From contig OZ024750.1 in NCBI GenBank assembly GCA_964016885.1, forward strand, positions 186,001-250,000: a stretch of 64,000 nucleotides of DNA. Reading direction: 5' to 3'. Shown here piece after piece: positions 13,375 to 26,821 of this stretch. The DNA comes from Eledone cirrhosa. Lineage: Eukaryota. The notes below the pieces were generated by a model. It saw only the letters and a list, made by a program, of their open reading frames with translations. It made no database searches and was not told the origin of the DNA. The position numbers and the translations under genes are program-made. Position 1 is the first letter of the stretch. Every line of letters starts with the position of its first letter.

Positions 13375-13655
13375 CATATACATTTAGATACATATACATA
13401 TAGATATGCATATAGATATATATACATATAGATATACATATAGGTATATATACATATAGATATATATATAGATATACATATAGATATATATACATATATA
13501 TATAGAGAGAGATATACATATAGATATATATATATATATATATAAATATACATATAGATATACATATATATATATAAATATACATATAGATATACATATA
13601 GATATATAGATATATCGATATACATATACATATATATATATATATATATCGATAT
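13375..13655. repeat. Degenerate (TA)n/(TAGATATACATA) low-complexity tract
   Basis: Direct inspection. Confidence 0.9.
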
Positions 13656-14017
13656 CATCATCATCATCACCGTTTTACGTCCGTTCTTCCATGCTAGCAT
13701 GGGTTAGACGGGTTGTCCTGCTGTGGGCAGTGTTTGGTCGGCTCATGCTGGAACTGATTTTGGCTTGATTTCTACAGCTGGATGCCCTTCCTAACACCAA
13801 CCTCATTTACAGTGAGTGCTGGGTGCTTTTTCCGTGGCGCCTACACGTCCACTTCACAGTGTGGGCTGGGTGCTTTTTTGCCGTGGCACCTCCACGACCA
13901 CCTTGCAGTGGGAGGGTGTGTGGGCATATTGTCTATATGCTTCAGCTTGTACCCATGGGAGGTCGGGTACTATATGTATATCTATATACATATAGATATA
14001 CATATAGATGTATATAC

Positions 14018-14072
<55 letters not shown>

Positions 14073-14741
14073 TATATACTGACGTAAACTAGACATTATA
14101 TGTAGACAACACTACTTCTTCATCACTTATGACTAACACATAGCTAAAGCTATCAGACTACTGAATCTCTGATGACCTTTCATAGCGACCACATATTCTT
14201 CACATTCCAAAACTATAGTCACAAAAGAAGGAGTTTTCTTTTCAGCGCCAAAAGATAATTTAACCTTCAATAGATAGACGCGATACACAAATAGATAATA
14301 CTTTCATCACGTATTTATATTCTTTAGAGATAGCTAAGTTTTCATTCACAGCAGGTCTTTGAATGGTAGAAACAATAGCCGAATCTCCCCCTTAAATCAC
14401 AACGTATTGTCTTTATAAAGTGGTGACAGTTACATTGGATACAGCAGTTCTCTGGTCGAAAACAAAAAGACGAGGTATTCCACATCTGGAAGAACTTTAA
14501 TAATGTCCAATCAGAGTTGACCATAAGCTAAACAGTTAATGTTCCCCCACTGACACCATTTAAACTAGTTGCTACACCGCAATCATCATTTTAATATATA
14601 CTTGACCTTTGCTTGTGTAATTGATCTTTGTTTGTGTAGTTGATCCCTGCTTGTGTAGTTTATCATTAGCACAGATTAAAAGTTTAAGCAAACAATTTCT
14701 GCTTTCACCCTAAAGCGGGATATCTGTATATATATATATAT

Positions 14742-14878
14742 AACGAAGGAAATGTGGTAAGGAACCAGGTGGACCATAACGCACCAAAGTACTCAATACT
14801 TGAGGTAGTAGAGTGGGTAATAGGAACCAGTAAGACCCCGACGGCTGAGCTCAAGCCGTTTCGACGGCTAATTCTAAT
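14742..14878 (-). mobile_element. Penelope-like terminal fragment within (TA)n
   Basis: Reverse-complement homolog of 26490-26623; (TA)n on both flanks. Confidence 0.55.
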
Positions 14879-14900
14879 ATATATATATATATATATATAG

Positions 14901-14947
<47 letters not shown>

Positions 14948-15713
14948 CTACGTTTGTGTCAACATTCATTCATGATATTACTGGGTGTAACTGTTATCCT
15001 GTTATATCAATGTTTCATTACAGATAGTGGGACTCTGAACACTCAATAACTGACTCACCCACTCAATTAACCGATTAGAAATATTTTCCGTTAGAAATAA
15101 AAGAAAAAAAACCTCTTCGTAAATTTCGTTTTATCCCTCCCTTTCCCCTCATTATATCGAATGTTAAGGCTATAGATATGTTGATATACTAATCAAACGA
15201 AGGTTGGACAAAACATTGTGTTATTTAGTTCAAAATATACCAGAGTTGACTTTCATCCTTCCGGAGTCGATAAATAGGTACTAGTAATAATATACTAAGA
15301 TCGATAAAATTAATTATAACCCCCACAACAAAAAATCATTTTAGCCTTGTGCCAATATTAGAAATCAATGCACTAATCAGGCGAGAATAAGAAGTCTGCA
15401 ATTTAGTTTCGATTTCCTGTTGAAGTTATTTAAATTCATTTACGTCGCAAATACAACTAACATGACCAACCACTATTTCGATATATTTCACACAATTGAT
15501 TGCAAAAGACCACAACGAAGATAAATAATTAACGATATGGCTTTTCAGACCAACAACTGACGGACATGTCTTTCCAGAATTACAGCAAATTAACCATTTC
15601 CTTCTGCTTTCTAAGGAGAAGTCATTAAAAAAAAGGATTTCTATGATTGTTCAATTTTGCTATACACGCTATTAATCGAATGTAAGTTTATATAGGAGAA
15701 TAATGGTATTTAA

Positions 15714-18120
15714 CTAATGTAATGGTACGCGATAGAGAATGTAGAAGGCGTTTCCCCGGAGGACGGCAAGGGAGGCGCGCTGGAAAAGCCACTCCAACTC
15801 GCGGGGTTCACACCTACGGCTGGCCAGCTCAGCGCCTATGGTGGTGAGGAAGGAGGTAGCCCTGGGGCCGAGGACACCAGAAGTTTCCACTGCCAGGAGA
15901 ACGACCGCAAACCTGTCGGTGAGCGACCGGTATTTGAGGAGTTTGGCCCCCTCAGCCCGACGTGCAGCCGAACCGGGGTCAGTCGCAGACTGCACCAGGT
16001 TGCGGCTGCAGAAAGTGTCGGTGCAAGTGGCATCCTAGACGAGGGGTTTGCCACCGCGGAACGGGAAGATGGTCATGCCATCTGGCCTTTTGCCGTCCCC
16101 TCGATCCGCCCCCACCAGCTCGAGCTGGGTAGGGAAGCCTGCAGCGTCCAAGCCATGCTTAATGACCTCTTTGGCGTGGAATGCGGCCGGCACTATGGCG
16201 ACAGGAAAGCGGGTGGAGGCCGAAAGAGTCCACGGTGGAACCGCAGCGACATTGGTGTGGCTGGCAGATCCGGAGGCCGAGCCTCAGGGAAACGCCGATT
16301 CGCAGGCTATGGTTGTCTAGCTGCGTGTCAGTGGAGAAGGAAGGCAGAGCATAGAGCCAGGCACCACTGTGGGGTTTGGAGGCCGCATGAAAACAAGCAA
16401 GACGGTGCTGGTCGAGCTGGCGTGTTAGCCTGTCTGAGGCCAGGCTGCACTGGATAGCATCCCAAGTGCGTTGGGGGACTTGACGTCAACAGGGGGAGAA
16501 GAGGAGGGACGTCTACTGGGCTAAGTCCCAGCCGGTCCCACGTCTCACAGGCGGCCTCATGTTCTCTGAACACAGAGGGTTCTGTTGTGTTTTGAAGAAC
16601 CCTGCTGACGACGACGCGGCACGAGGTTACCGACGAAAGATACGCCAGCAAAGCTAGTGAGGTCGGGGACGGGAGGCCTAGGCCGCCATACCTGACCGGT
16701 AAAGTGGCCTGTTGCCACCCTATGTCGTCAAACTTGACGTTGCATATCCCCTCGGCTGTTGCTCGGATACAAGTATCGAGGTCAGCGAGGAGAGATGTCT
16801 GGGTGTAGCATGGAGCGCTGTGGAGTGTATAGAGGAGCTTCGGCATGGCGAAGCAGTTCCTCAGCAGAAAGAGAGCTGGGTGGCCGTCAATCAAACCCAG
16901 TCGGCTCGTGAGAGTCTGGAGCTGTTGAAGCCTGGACCTGATGGTGGAGCGGATGGCCGGCGGGTGGATCGGTGACCCGAGGATGAGAACATCCTCTTTG
17001 GGGGTCACCTGAACCTGGCGGAGAATGGACCGCACGTCCAAGACGGAGGCTGCAAAGCTCACAGCATCGAGGCTGACGTTCACCACCTCCGACTTGGCCG
17101 AGTTGACCTGGAGTCCGATTCCCGCTAGGGCAGGAATCACCGATTGAAGGTCTTGGCAGACCCTCTGCACGGGCCCGCCCAACGTAGCATCATCCAGATA
17201 CCAAACGTTGAGAGGGGCCGTGATACTCCGGGCGATGTGGTCAATACCAAGGGCGAACAGGAGGGGTCCCAAAGGGTCGCCCTGTTGGACCCCGACCCCA
17301 GTAGCCGAGGGTATGACCGTATCAGCAGCTAGGAGCATGCTCGGGGCTGTTGACCGGCCGCCCCGGTCTGCGCCAGTGCTGGGGAGGCCGAGGGCGAGTG
17401 GGGCGAAATAGAACAGACGCTCCCAGTCACTGGCTCGATTGGAGTCCAGGGCGCTCTCAATCGAGGAAGTGAGGGCATCGGCTACCGGCACCCGTGCCGC
17501 TCTCGGGATCCTGAGTGGGATCTTCCGGAGCCGCCTGATCCGAGCGATGTTGACCAGCGAGGCTCGGGCGTCAGGCAAGCTCGCTGTCCCATCTGGTGGT
17601 GTGCCAGACGGCCGTGGATGGGAAGACGTGGGGAAGAGGCAGCTCCTGCACCTCCACGCTGCGAGGGCATTGGAAGCTCGACGAGTCAAGCCAATGCAGG
17701 TGAGGTGGTGGAAGCAGCCGCACCCCAAACAGTTCCGGCCCCTCTTCCGTTTGTTAGTAGTGCCGCAAGTGCTGCAGGTGTCGATTTGGAGTGGTGGGGT
17801 GGGGCCGGGGACTGGGGCACTGAGCAGCATCAGGGGTGGGTGGCTGGTGTGTGTGGTTGGAAGGGAAAGTGCTGGTAAGAGAGCAGCATAGCTCACCTAT
17901 ATATATGGAGGTGCCAGAAAACGAGAGCGAAAAGGGGCTGCATGGAAGGGGAGACACAGGCAGGTAGAATGGCAGTAAATGAATGAGTGAATGGATGGAT
18001 GTACACAAAAAAGGGGTGGGAGTGGGGGAACAAGGGGTTGTTCCCAGCGGAAAGACCCAGAATTCAGCACGCCACGCACACATGCGAGCAACTGAGCAGT
18101 TTGTCAAAGACGATATTCTC
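15714..18120 (-). mobile_element. GC-rich CRE-clade-like non-LTR retrotransposon (PHD-RT-zinc-RLE), internally deleted and frameshifted
   Basis: N-terminal PHD (CSTC..CLGCGCFHHLTC..WRCRSC); GVQQGDPLGP and WYLDD; CRCG..GLHPLSC; RLE motif DGKRPDGMTIFPF..DATC..KLLKY..AVETSG. Confidence 0.88.
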
Positions 18121-20126
18121 AATGGACGCGCTTACAATATTTGAATATAACTGAACCGTCGTGTCATTTAATTTGGAAAGTGGAGCAAAGTAAAAGGAAA
18201 ATAGTGAATTTGGAGTGTCAATAGGATATGCTTTTTGGTCAATTAATCAATGTTGAAACATGGTACTTGCTGTAGCCGGAGGCATTCGAACTTACCTTGC
18301 GTCTTTGGCGAGTCGTTCCACTCTCCACGTGAGTACTTCCAACATCGTCTACCTTCACACAACACGTCTCCTCACGGTGCCAACTGTTAGCACAACTACC
18401 AGCCGCCTAGTTCCTCGTGTCACGTTACGTCTTCCTGCTTCCGGTCAGGCGTCCTACAACTTCCGGCAATCCCCCTCTCACGGCAGCCGCACACCTGCCA
18501 TGTGAAATAAATACGGTTACCAGCTCATTTATAAATGCAGTAAAAACTTTACGTTTGAGGACTCTCAGGTCTCAAATAATGCCCCCAATGGCTACTTATT
18601 AATTTTTCTGATTTTTTCCAACCCACCCGCTCTTATTCCAACCTCCTCCCCGCTTATTAAATGTTACTAAACTATGTCCGGCGAAATTTTATCTTAAGTG
18701 GCAGCACTCTTGCGACAATTAATTTTCTTTAGACATTAAAAAAACGTTATACGTAACAAAAAACAAATATAAAATACATTACTAGAAACCCATACGACAG
18801 ATCACTGCTCCGATATCATGGACATATGGTTAGAATGTCTCAGGAAAGACTTTATGGGCAAAACAAAATGACAATAGACCACGAGCAAGATGGTTGGATA
18901 ATATCATTAAGTTCGGTTGGTTTCGCTTTGGGGATCCAGCTGGATCGATTGGAGACGAATGCTTCTGACAGTACTCGCTGGAAGAAGAAGAAGTTTAACT
19001 CTTTCAACGTCAATAGTTTAACTTTTTCAGCACCAACCTGCCCCAGACCAGCCCATTATTTTATGATATAAAACCCACCAGGGATCAGCTCATGATTCTA
19101 GGATATAAAATTTCTCATTTTACATTGTCTATATTCAGTTTAGTTATATTGCTAAATCCATCAAAATTCTTGGTTATTTTCAAAAGTATTTGAAACACAT
19201 ATTCATGAAGTATACAACTTATGATTTTCAAACAATTTTCAAAATAAGCAAGAATTTGGAAGCATCAAATAATATAACTAATGTTCTCATTAGTAAGCTT
19301 GTTTTTGGAACATAATTTAGGTTCTTACATAAAAGGTTCTTACATAAAATTATGAAGCTTTTTAGATAAATATAAACACTTTAAAATAAACAGATTTGTA
19401 TCATAGAACCAGAGGCCATTTGACATTACTGTTCTATCAAGCGAATGGACAAACTGTTGATCTTATATAGCAGGAACTCCAGCCCTTTGCTTTATTGGAC
19501 AGAAAAGCATATCTTTCGTTTGATAACGCCATTAATCTTCGAAAACACCTCGGAAAGAGCCAATTATTAGACGGTTTGAATTGGTTGTTCGCCCTTGCAA
19601 TAGTTTCCGGCAATCGATTTGTGCGTTAGAAACGCTTTGGGCTTTCACCAGAGAAACTTGTTGCTTCGTCCCGACCCGTGAAGAATTGCTATTGTTTATG
19701 TATCTGGCACAATACATGCTATCTCGAGAACGATTCTTCGAGACACTACTGTGCTGACGATGTGCCTTTCGCGTTTTCTTTTCTTTTATGTCAACGGATC
19801 CAGTAGCTCAACTGGCTCCAACGACTCGCAGCAAAGTAAGTATCTTCGGTCCGTGTTTGAGTAGCTGACTGATGCTCACCGTAGACATGCAACAGCAGGT
19901 GGCTATCGTTTGATCCTTCCATTACTGCGATAGTTAGATATGGCAGAGAAGAGAAGGTAGATGAGTCTGCGCCCTCTCCTCGAGAAAAGAAGCAGCGCCT
20001 CACCTGTCCGTGAGCAAAGCATTTGCTGCTATTGTCATCGTTTATAAATCACAGATCGGAAACCCTTTGTCACTGCGCGACAAGCAATCAAACAGATTGG
20101 CTGCAAATGTCATCATATATTACAAC

Positions 20127-20484
20127 TGTAGCGGTTGTCTCCCTTGTTTTGATTAGGATCTAGACGGGAAGTGGAGCCCTTTCTGCAACTTCCGGTCAGA
20201 GCCCTATAAAACTAACAACTTTAACCACTCTTTCTCTCATTGCCTTTTCGGCACCAGGCCAAGAGCCTCTCATTTGGCCTTCCTGGCGCCTGGCTGGCCT
20301 TAGCCAGGCGTCCTCTGCCAGCCGCGTTTGCCTGGCAATCAAAACGGTAACTACTAACTTTGCTTCATTCTACCATCCTCATCTTTGACATGTCAACTAT
20401 ACTATCTACCATTGTTAATTAAATATTATACAAACAAACAATGTATTCCTTGTTACATTCATACAACCCAGTATCTTCGCTATA
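20127..20484 (+). mobile_element. Solo LTR (probably Gypsy-type)
   Basis: TGTAGCG...CGCTATA (terminal CA mutated to TA), 4-bp TSD caac on both sides, internal TATAAAA at about 20205 and ATTAAA at about 20418. Confidence 0.7.
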
Positions 20485-20652
20485 CAACCTACGTTATTGT
20501 CGTGGCTTTAGATTCTAATCTAACACGTGTGATGCAGGCACTGTAACTGATAAGAGTTGTTATACTCCAGCAAACCTATGATCAAATCTGTTCTAGCTAT
20601 TCCCTTCACACGTACCTCCTCTCTAGTTATAGTGTAGCTAAGAGTTGTATTA

Positions 20653-20802
20653 GGCGGCGAATTGCCAGAGTCGTTAGAACGTCGGATAGAATACTTTGTG
20701 GCATTCGTTTCGGCTCTCTGAGTTCAAATCCCGCTGAGGTCAACTTTGCCTTTCATCCATTCGAGGTTGATAAGAAAGTACCAGTCAAGTACTGGGTCGA
20801 TT
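20653..20802 (+). mobile_element. tRNA-derived SINE
   Basis: A-box-like 5' end, B-box gagttcaaatcc, core aactttgcctttcatcc..gataa..gtaccagt; at least 10 copies in the window. Confidence 0.8.
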
Positions 20803-21702
20803 CTTCCTCTAGATCTCTTTCTCACTCTCTATCTTTCAATGGAAGAAATTTGCTGTATTCAGACTTGGAGAGGATTGGGCTCCACTAGGGTTTTTAAATG
20901 CCCTAGAAACGCCGTATGTTAATACGGCGCCCCTATGACTTCCTCAGGTGTTACGGAACCAGACATGCGTGCAAAGGTATTCTTCTTTCTCCTTCCTTTT
21001 GAGAGGATCGTCCTCAAGCATGCCCTGCAGCAGGTTATCAGAAGCAACCGTTTCCAATTGATCCGGCTGTATCCTCAAGCGATACTAACCGAACTCATGG
21101 ATGTTATCCAACCATTTTGCTCGGGGTCTACCCTTGGGTCTCCCATCTGTAGGTTTTGCCCGAAAATCTGTCCAGCGATTCTTTTCTGAGGCATTCTAAC
21201 CAATGAGGAATGAAATATCATTAGCTTAATGAATAATTCTGTTCAGGTAATGCATGGGGAAATAAACTTAAAGTTATAATTTATTACAATGTTGTGTAGA
21301 AACGAGATCCGCCCAGAAGCTAGATACAAATATATCATTACCAAAACACTGCCATCATACTCACTAATTAACTGTGTGAACTCTACAGGGGCAGTGGAAG
21401 CATTTCTGAATGGGGGAATTTGGTCAATTTAGTCGTAGTGATTAGTTTAGCTGTTATTATCAAACATCAACCAAGATGTAAAAAAAGATTCGATATGCGA
21501 TAAACATAACATGTACATGAATTGTAGCGCATATACAAATAGATGTGTGTTTTGGTAGTTTGGAGAGAAAAATAAAATGATTGGGGGAGGGACATGCACC
21601 CCCCCCCCCGCCCTTCCAGTTCCACCTCATTGAGTAAGTGGTGGGTCATCGCCTGACATTGGGTGACTTTCGTATACTATATATATTTTATTAAAATATA
21701 AA

Positions 21703-21900
21703 GATTTCTGATTTAGGCTCAAGGCCAGCAGTTTGAAGGGAGGGGGAAAGTCAATTAAATCGACCCCAGTGCGTGACTGGTATTTTATTTTATCTGCACC
21801 CTAAGGATGAAAGGAAAGCTAACATCGGCGGCATTTGAATTCAGAACGTAAAGAACCGTAACTATATACTGCAAAACATGTTGTCAGACGCTCTACCGAT
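21703..21900 (-). mobile_element. tRNA-derived SINE (same family)
   Basis: Reverse complement of the SINE core and B-box. Confidence 0.8.
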
Positions 21901-22165
21901 ATAATGTGTTCAATACAGTGGAGAGTGGCTGCAGAATGACAACTGACGTGTTTCAGTCTGAATCACTTCAAACATTCGTTAATGGCTCTACAACACAGTT
22001 TTGTCAACATAACATGTTATGACATATTGCATAACTTTATTATTGACACAGCCAGACACTGCTAGTTACGACAGTAAATTATAAACAGCCACCACTCACA
22101 ATGGAGCATGAATTGGTAGAATGTTTATTATTGACAGAGAGTGGGTGGAATAAGCGGGATTTGGG

Positions 22166-22782
22166 GATGTGCCTCTGATACAGCCAGTTGTTGGGTTGCC
22201 ACTCCAGATGTGCCTCTGGTACAGCCAGTTGTTGGGGTTCCACTCTAGATGTGCCTCTGGTACAGCCAGTTGTTGGATTGCCACTCCAGATGTGCCTCTG
22301 GTACAGTCAGTTGTTAGGGTGCCACTCTAGATGTGCCTCTGGTACAGCCAGTTGTTGGGGTTCCACTCTAGATGTGCCTCTGGTACAGCCAGTTGTTGGG
22401 GTTCCACTCTAGATGTGCCTCTGGTACAGCCAGTTGTTGGGGTGCCACTCTAGATGTGCCACTGGTACAGTCAGTTGTTAGGGTGCCACTCTAGATGTGC
22501 CTCTGGTACAGCCAGTTTTTGGGGTCCCACTCTAAATGTGCCTCTGGTACAGCCAGTTGTTGGGGTGCCACTCTAGATGTGCCTCTGGTACAGCCAGTTG
22601 TTGGGGTGCCACTCTAGATGTGCCACTGGTACAGCCAGTTGTTGGGGTACCACTCTAGATGTGCCACTGGTACAGTCAGTTGTTGGGGTGCCACTCTAGA
22701 TGTTCCTCTGGTACAGTCAGTTGTTGGGATGCCACTCTAGATGTGCCTCTGGTGTATCCAGTTGTTGGGGTGCCAATCTAGA
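22166..22782. repeat. Minisatellite, 41-bp unit x 15
   Basis: Unit gatgtgcctctggtacagccagttgttggggtgccactcta, head-to-tail with no spacers. Confidence 0.95.
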
Positions 22783-23579
22783 CGTTTTACTGTGTGTTCA
22801 TCATGACATTTCAATAGTTTTTTGGCGGTGGCCTTCTCCTCTCTAAGTTTCAAGCCATAGAATTACCCACAAAAGAATTCTACTATAATATTTCTCTTCT
22901 TAGTGACTACTAATATATTACAAAATATTACTATATATTACAAAACCGATGTCAGTGAACTTAGCCTACACCCGTAAATATGTAATACACACAAGCACAA
23001 TTATTTGTATATTTACTTATGAGGATTACAGATGTAATTTGTTTGTGCATATCCGTGTAGCTTTTGCACAGTTTATTATGCTTAGATGATGTATGTTAGA
23101 CATAATACCGACCCCCCACCCCCCACCAACAATTGACCTACAACTGTGCATATCAAGCAAGACATCATTCAGCTACTATTGACATAGACAGAACCTGTCA
23201 CTGTTAAAATATTAGGCCATGACAGGAACTACTGTAACAGTGTTGAGAGTAAAGAACTTGTATATGACGACGGACGGAGGGCGGAGAGGCGAAAGGATGT
23301 GGCGCCCCAACGATCCACCAAGACTACCGGACAGATGAAATGAGAAATTAAACAGTTACTGTACACTCCACCAGGAATATTTACCAAACTCACAGGACTT
23401 TATTGAAATATATAATCTGCTAGAGATAGATATAAAAGACGAAACCTGTTTCATGCCCAGGAATCAAAGCAACAAAAGATACTCCACACCGGTCGCTCGA
23501 CCTGTTAGAAATAACTACCAAATCTCCCTCAAAATACACCCTACCATCTTACAAAAAAGGAATTTCATATTATTTAGTA

Positions 23580-25166
23580 CTAGCAGTAAAGCCCGGCGTT
23601 GCTCGGGGTCGCTCAGTAGCTGTGTTACAATGTTAAGTTACAATGTTAAGTTTCTTTTTTGGCTTAAAAACTGTAGTGTCTACTGTGCAGACTTGCATGT
23701 GGTGTTTTTGATTAATATTCCCTCAACCAACAATATGCCTTATGAAGTTAAGAAAACATAACGATAACCCGAATGTTATAACAAAAGAGGATGCTGGGGA
23801 TAAAAACTGCACTGGTTATTTATTAACAAAGATCGAAAATGTAAACACTGCAACGCAGAGAAAAACATTAGCGTAACCAAATTATCAGTTATGTCTGTCT
23901 GCACGCCTATATCACCTCTCTGCACGACTATCTGTCTGCACGCCTATATCACCTCTCTGCACGACTATCTGTCTGCACGCGTATATCACCTCTCTGCACG
24001 ACTATCTGTCTGTACGCGTATATCACCTCTCTGCACGACTCTGTCTGCACGATTGTCTGTCTGCACGCCTAACGAAATTTACAGATACATATATTTTAAA
24101 TAAACTTATATAATTTTTGCTTTTTTTTACGAAATATTTGCTTGTTTTACGTAGTCTTTAAATAGACTTGTTTTCAAGTAAAAATATTGTTTTAAAAGGC
24201 TTTTAAATGGAAATGAAGCAAAACGTGTATTGTGTATTGTGTTAATGTCATTTTAAACGCTGAGAAAGCCAGCGTAATTTTTTTAATTTTTGCACGCAGA
24301 CGCTCAATGTAAACAGAACAAAGGGAAATAACTGATCACTTACGCTCAAAAATCGATACATTATATTCGATTTCGTCAGATAGGGCGGGTCAATTTGAAA
24401 TATTTTTTTTCCGATGTCTTCGCTAGGGCTCAATGTACAAGTATAGCAATTTCGGTGCAATTCCGTGAGAGATTCTAAGAGGAGATGTGTGCCAAAAATC
24501 GATAGACAGACAGACAACCTCAGTTTTATATATATAGATGTCTGTCTGCACGCCTATATCACCTCTCTGCACGACTGTCTGTCTGCACGCCTATATCACC
24601 TCTCTGCACGACTGTCTGTCTGCACGCCTATATCACCTCTCTGCACGACTGTCTGTCTGCACGCCTATATCACCTCTCTGCACGACTATCTGTCTGCACG
24701 CGTATATCACCTCTCTGCACGACTGTCTGTCTGCACGACTGTCTGGCTGCACGCCTAACGACGAAATATTTGCTTGTTTTACGTAGTCTTTAAATAGACT
24801 TGTTTTCAAGTAAAAATATTGTTTTAAAATGCTTTTAAATGGAAATGAAGCAAAACGGAAGCTTAGTGTTCGAACTGATGAATTTTGCAGGTCAATATTT
24901 TGCTGGCTCGTAATTTTTTACGTAAGACGCTCAATGTAAACAGAACAAAGGGAAATAACTGATAACTTACGCTCAAAAATCGATACATTATATTCGATTT
25001 CGTCACATAGGGTGGGTGAATTTGAAAATTTTTTTTTTCCGATGTCTTCGCTAGGGCTCAATGTACAAGTCTAGCAATTTCGGTGCAATTCCGTGAGAGA
25101 TTCTAAGAGGAGATGTGTGCCAAAAATCGATAGACAGACAGACAACCACAGTTTTATATATATAGA
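23580..25166 (-). mobile_element. Non-autonomous Helitron with a duplicated 5' half and an internal minisatellite
   Basis: Minus strand: 5' TCTATATATATAAAA at both 25166 and 24538; 3' hairpin cccgagcaacgccggg plus CTAG|T at 23580; minisatellite (tctgtctgcacgcctatatcacctctctgcacgac) at 23893-24070 and 24539-24757. Confidence 0.85.
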
Positions 25167-25650
25167 TTGTAGATTTAAAAAACAAAACAAAAAGGGGGTG
25201 GGGGGTAATTATTGCGTGAAAGAAATTTGGCAGATATTTCACGATTCAGGCCAAACTTGGGGCAGTCATTCAACCCAGTCATTCAACCCCACTCCCTGCT
25301 AATCTATATTTTCATGGTTTCCATTCTCTTGCTTTGAAATTATATCTCATTTACGTCATCGTATGCCATTTGCAACACACACACACACACACACAAATGC
25401 ATTGTAACTATACAAACTCTAATTCTAACATTAACGCTCACATACATCTCTCTACACCTCTACCTTCACACGAACAATAAAAGACAACTTTTAAACAAGC
25501 TTTATCTCGTTTATTGTATTCTATTATATTCTAGCTTCTGTTTCTCAGCTTTGCCCAGGTCGGCACCACAATAAATACTAAACTAGACAACCCACTATAC
25601 ATATAAATATATTGCTTGAGATACACCAACGTATTATACACACATATACA

Positions 25651-25715
<65 letters not shown>

Positions 25716-25891
25716 TATATATGTGTGTGTATATGTGTGTATACATATATGTGTGTGTGCGGTGATAAATGATTTACCATGAATGACTTCAGACAAAACA
25801 GGAAATAATAAAATAAATCAAATAAATAAATAAATGTGTGAATGGATAACTTCTTGGTTCTTGGTTGTGAAATGGTAGTCGTTAATTAACG

Positions 25892-26160
25892 TCATCATCA
25901 TCGTCATTACCGACATCATCATCATCATCATCATTACCATCATTACCGACATCATCATCATCATTACCATCATTACCGACATCATCATCATCATCATCAT
26001 CATTACCGACATCATCATCATCATCATCATTACCGACATCATCATCATCATCATCATCATCATTACCGACATCATCATCATCATCGTTATCACCATCATT
26101 ACCATCATTATCGTCTTCAGTCTCTTCACCTTCCTCCTCACACTCATCATCATCATTAAC
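25892..26160. repeat. (CAT)n-based microsatellite with taccga interruptions
   Basis: Direct inspection; explains the poly-M and poly-D ORFs. Confidence 0.9.
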
Positions 26161-26248
26161 AACATTATAGAGGAGACTAACAATGTCAAACAATATTCAT
26201 TATTCACCACATATTGTTCAATGTGTATATGACATGGTTATATATATA

Positions 26249-26409
26249 TACTGTAAAATTCTGTTATAACGAAATTCACGAGATATAAAAAAATTCGTTG
26301 TAACGAAAAATTCTTTATAACGAGATCGACGTAACACATTGAAAAAAATTTCGTTATACTGAAAAATTCGCTATAATGATATTCGTTATAACGGAATGTT
26401 ACCTGAGTA
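26249..26409. mobile_element. pogo/Tigger-like MITE
   Basis: TA-flanked TIRs with internal gttataacga repeats; homolog at 39841-40019. Confidence 0.7.
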
Positions 26410-26429
26410 TATATATATATATATATAGG

Positions 26430-26623
26430 AAACTGTATGAATCCGACGGCAGAGCTCTAGCCGTTTCAACGGCTATTTCTGGACTGTCCAGAAATAGCCG
26501 TCGAAACGGCTTGAGCTCTGCCGTCGGGGTCATACATATTCCTATTACCCACTCTACTACCCTAAGTATTGAGTACTCTGGTGCGTTATGGTCCATCTGG
26601 TTCCTTACTACAACTCCTTCGTT
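26430..26623 (+). mobile_element. Penelope-like terminus with an inverted duplication (about 85-bp palindrome)
   Basis: ccgacggcagagctc..atttctggac-t-gtccagaaat..gagctctgccgtcgg; retains the 3' half of a hammerhead, GAAA-cggc..gccg-TC; within (TA)n. Confidence 0.6.
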
Positions 26624-26738
26624 ATATATATATATAATATTACTTCAAAATATTAATAACTCCAGAAAACCTTTGTAGAGTGCTTCTAATCTATTGTGAA
26701 ACTTTATTCATTGATGAATTCATTAAACCTTGTTAAAC

Positions 26739-26821
<83 letters not shown>

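Noticed and set aside
20653-20730. tRNA gene
   Set aside because: A/B boxes belong to the SINE head; no intact cloverleaf
22166-22782. CRISPR-like array
   Set aside because: Units are contiguous with no unique spacers, there are no cas genes, and the context is eukaryotic
25818-26210. Poly-Met / poly-Asp ORFs
   Set aside because: (CAT)n microsatellite with no splice or promoter support; the same applies to 33354-33736, 59204-59579 and 61649-62218
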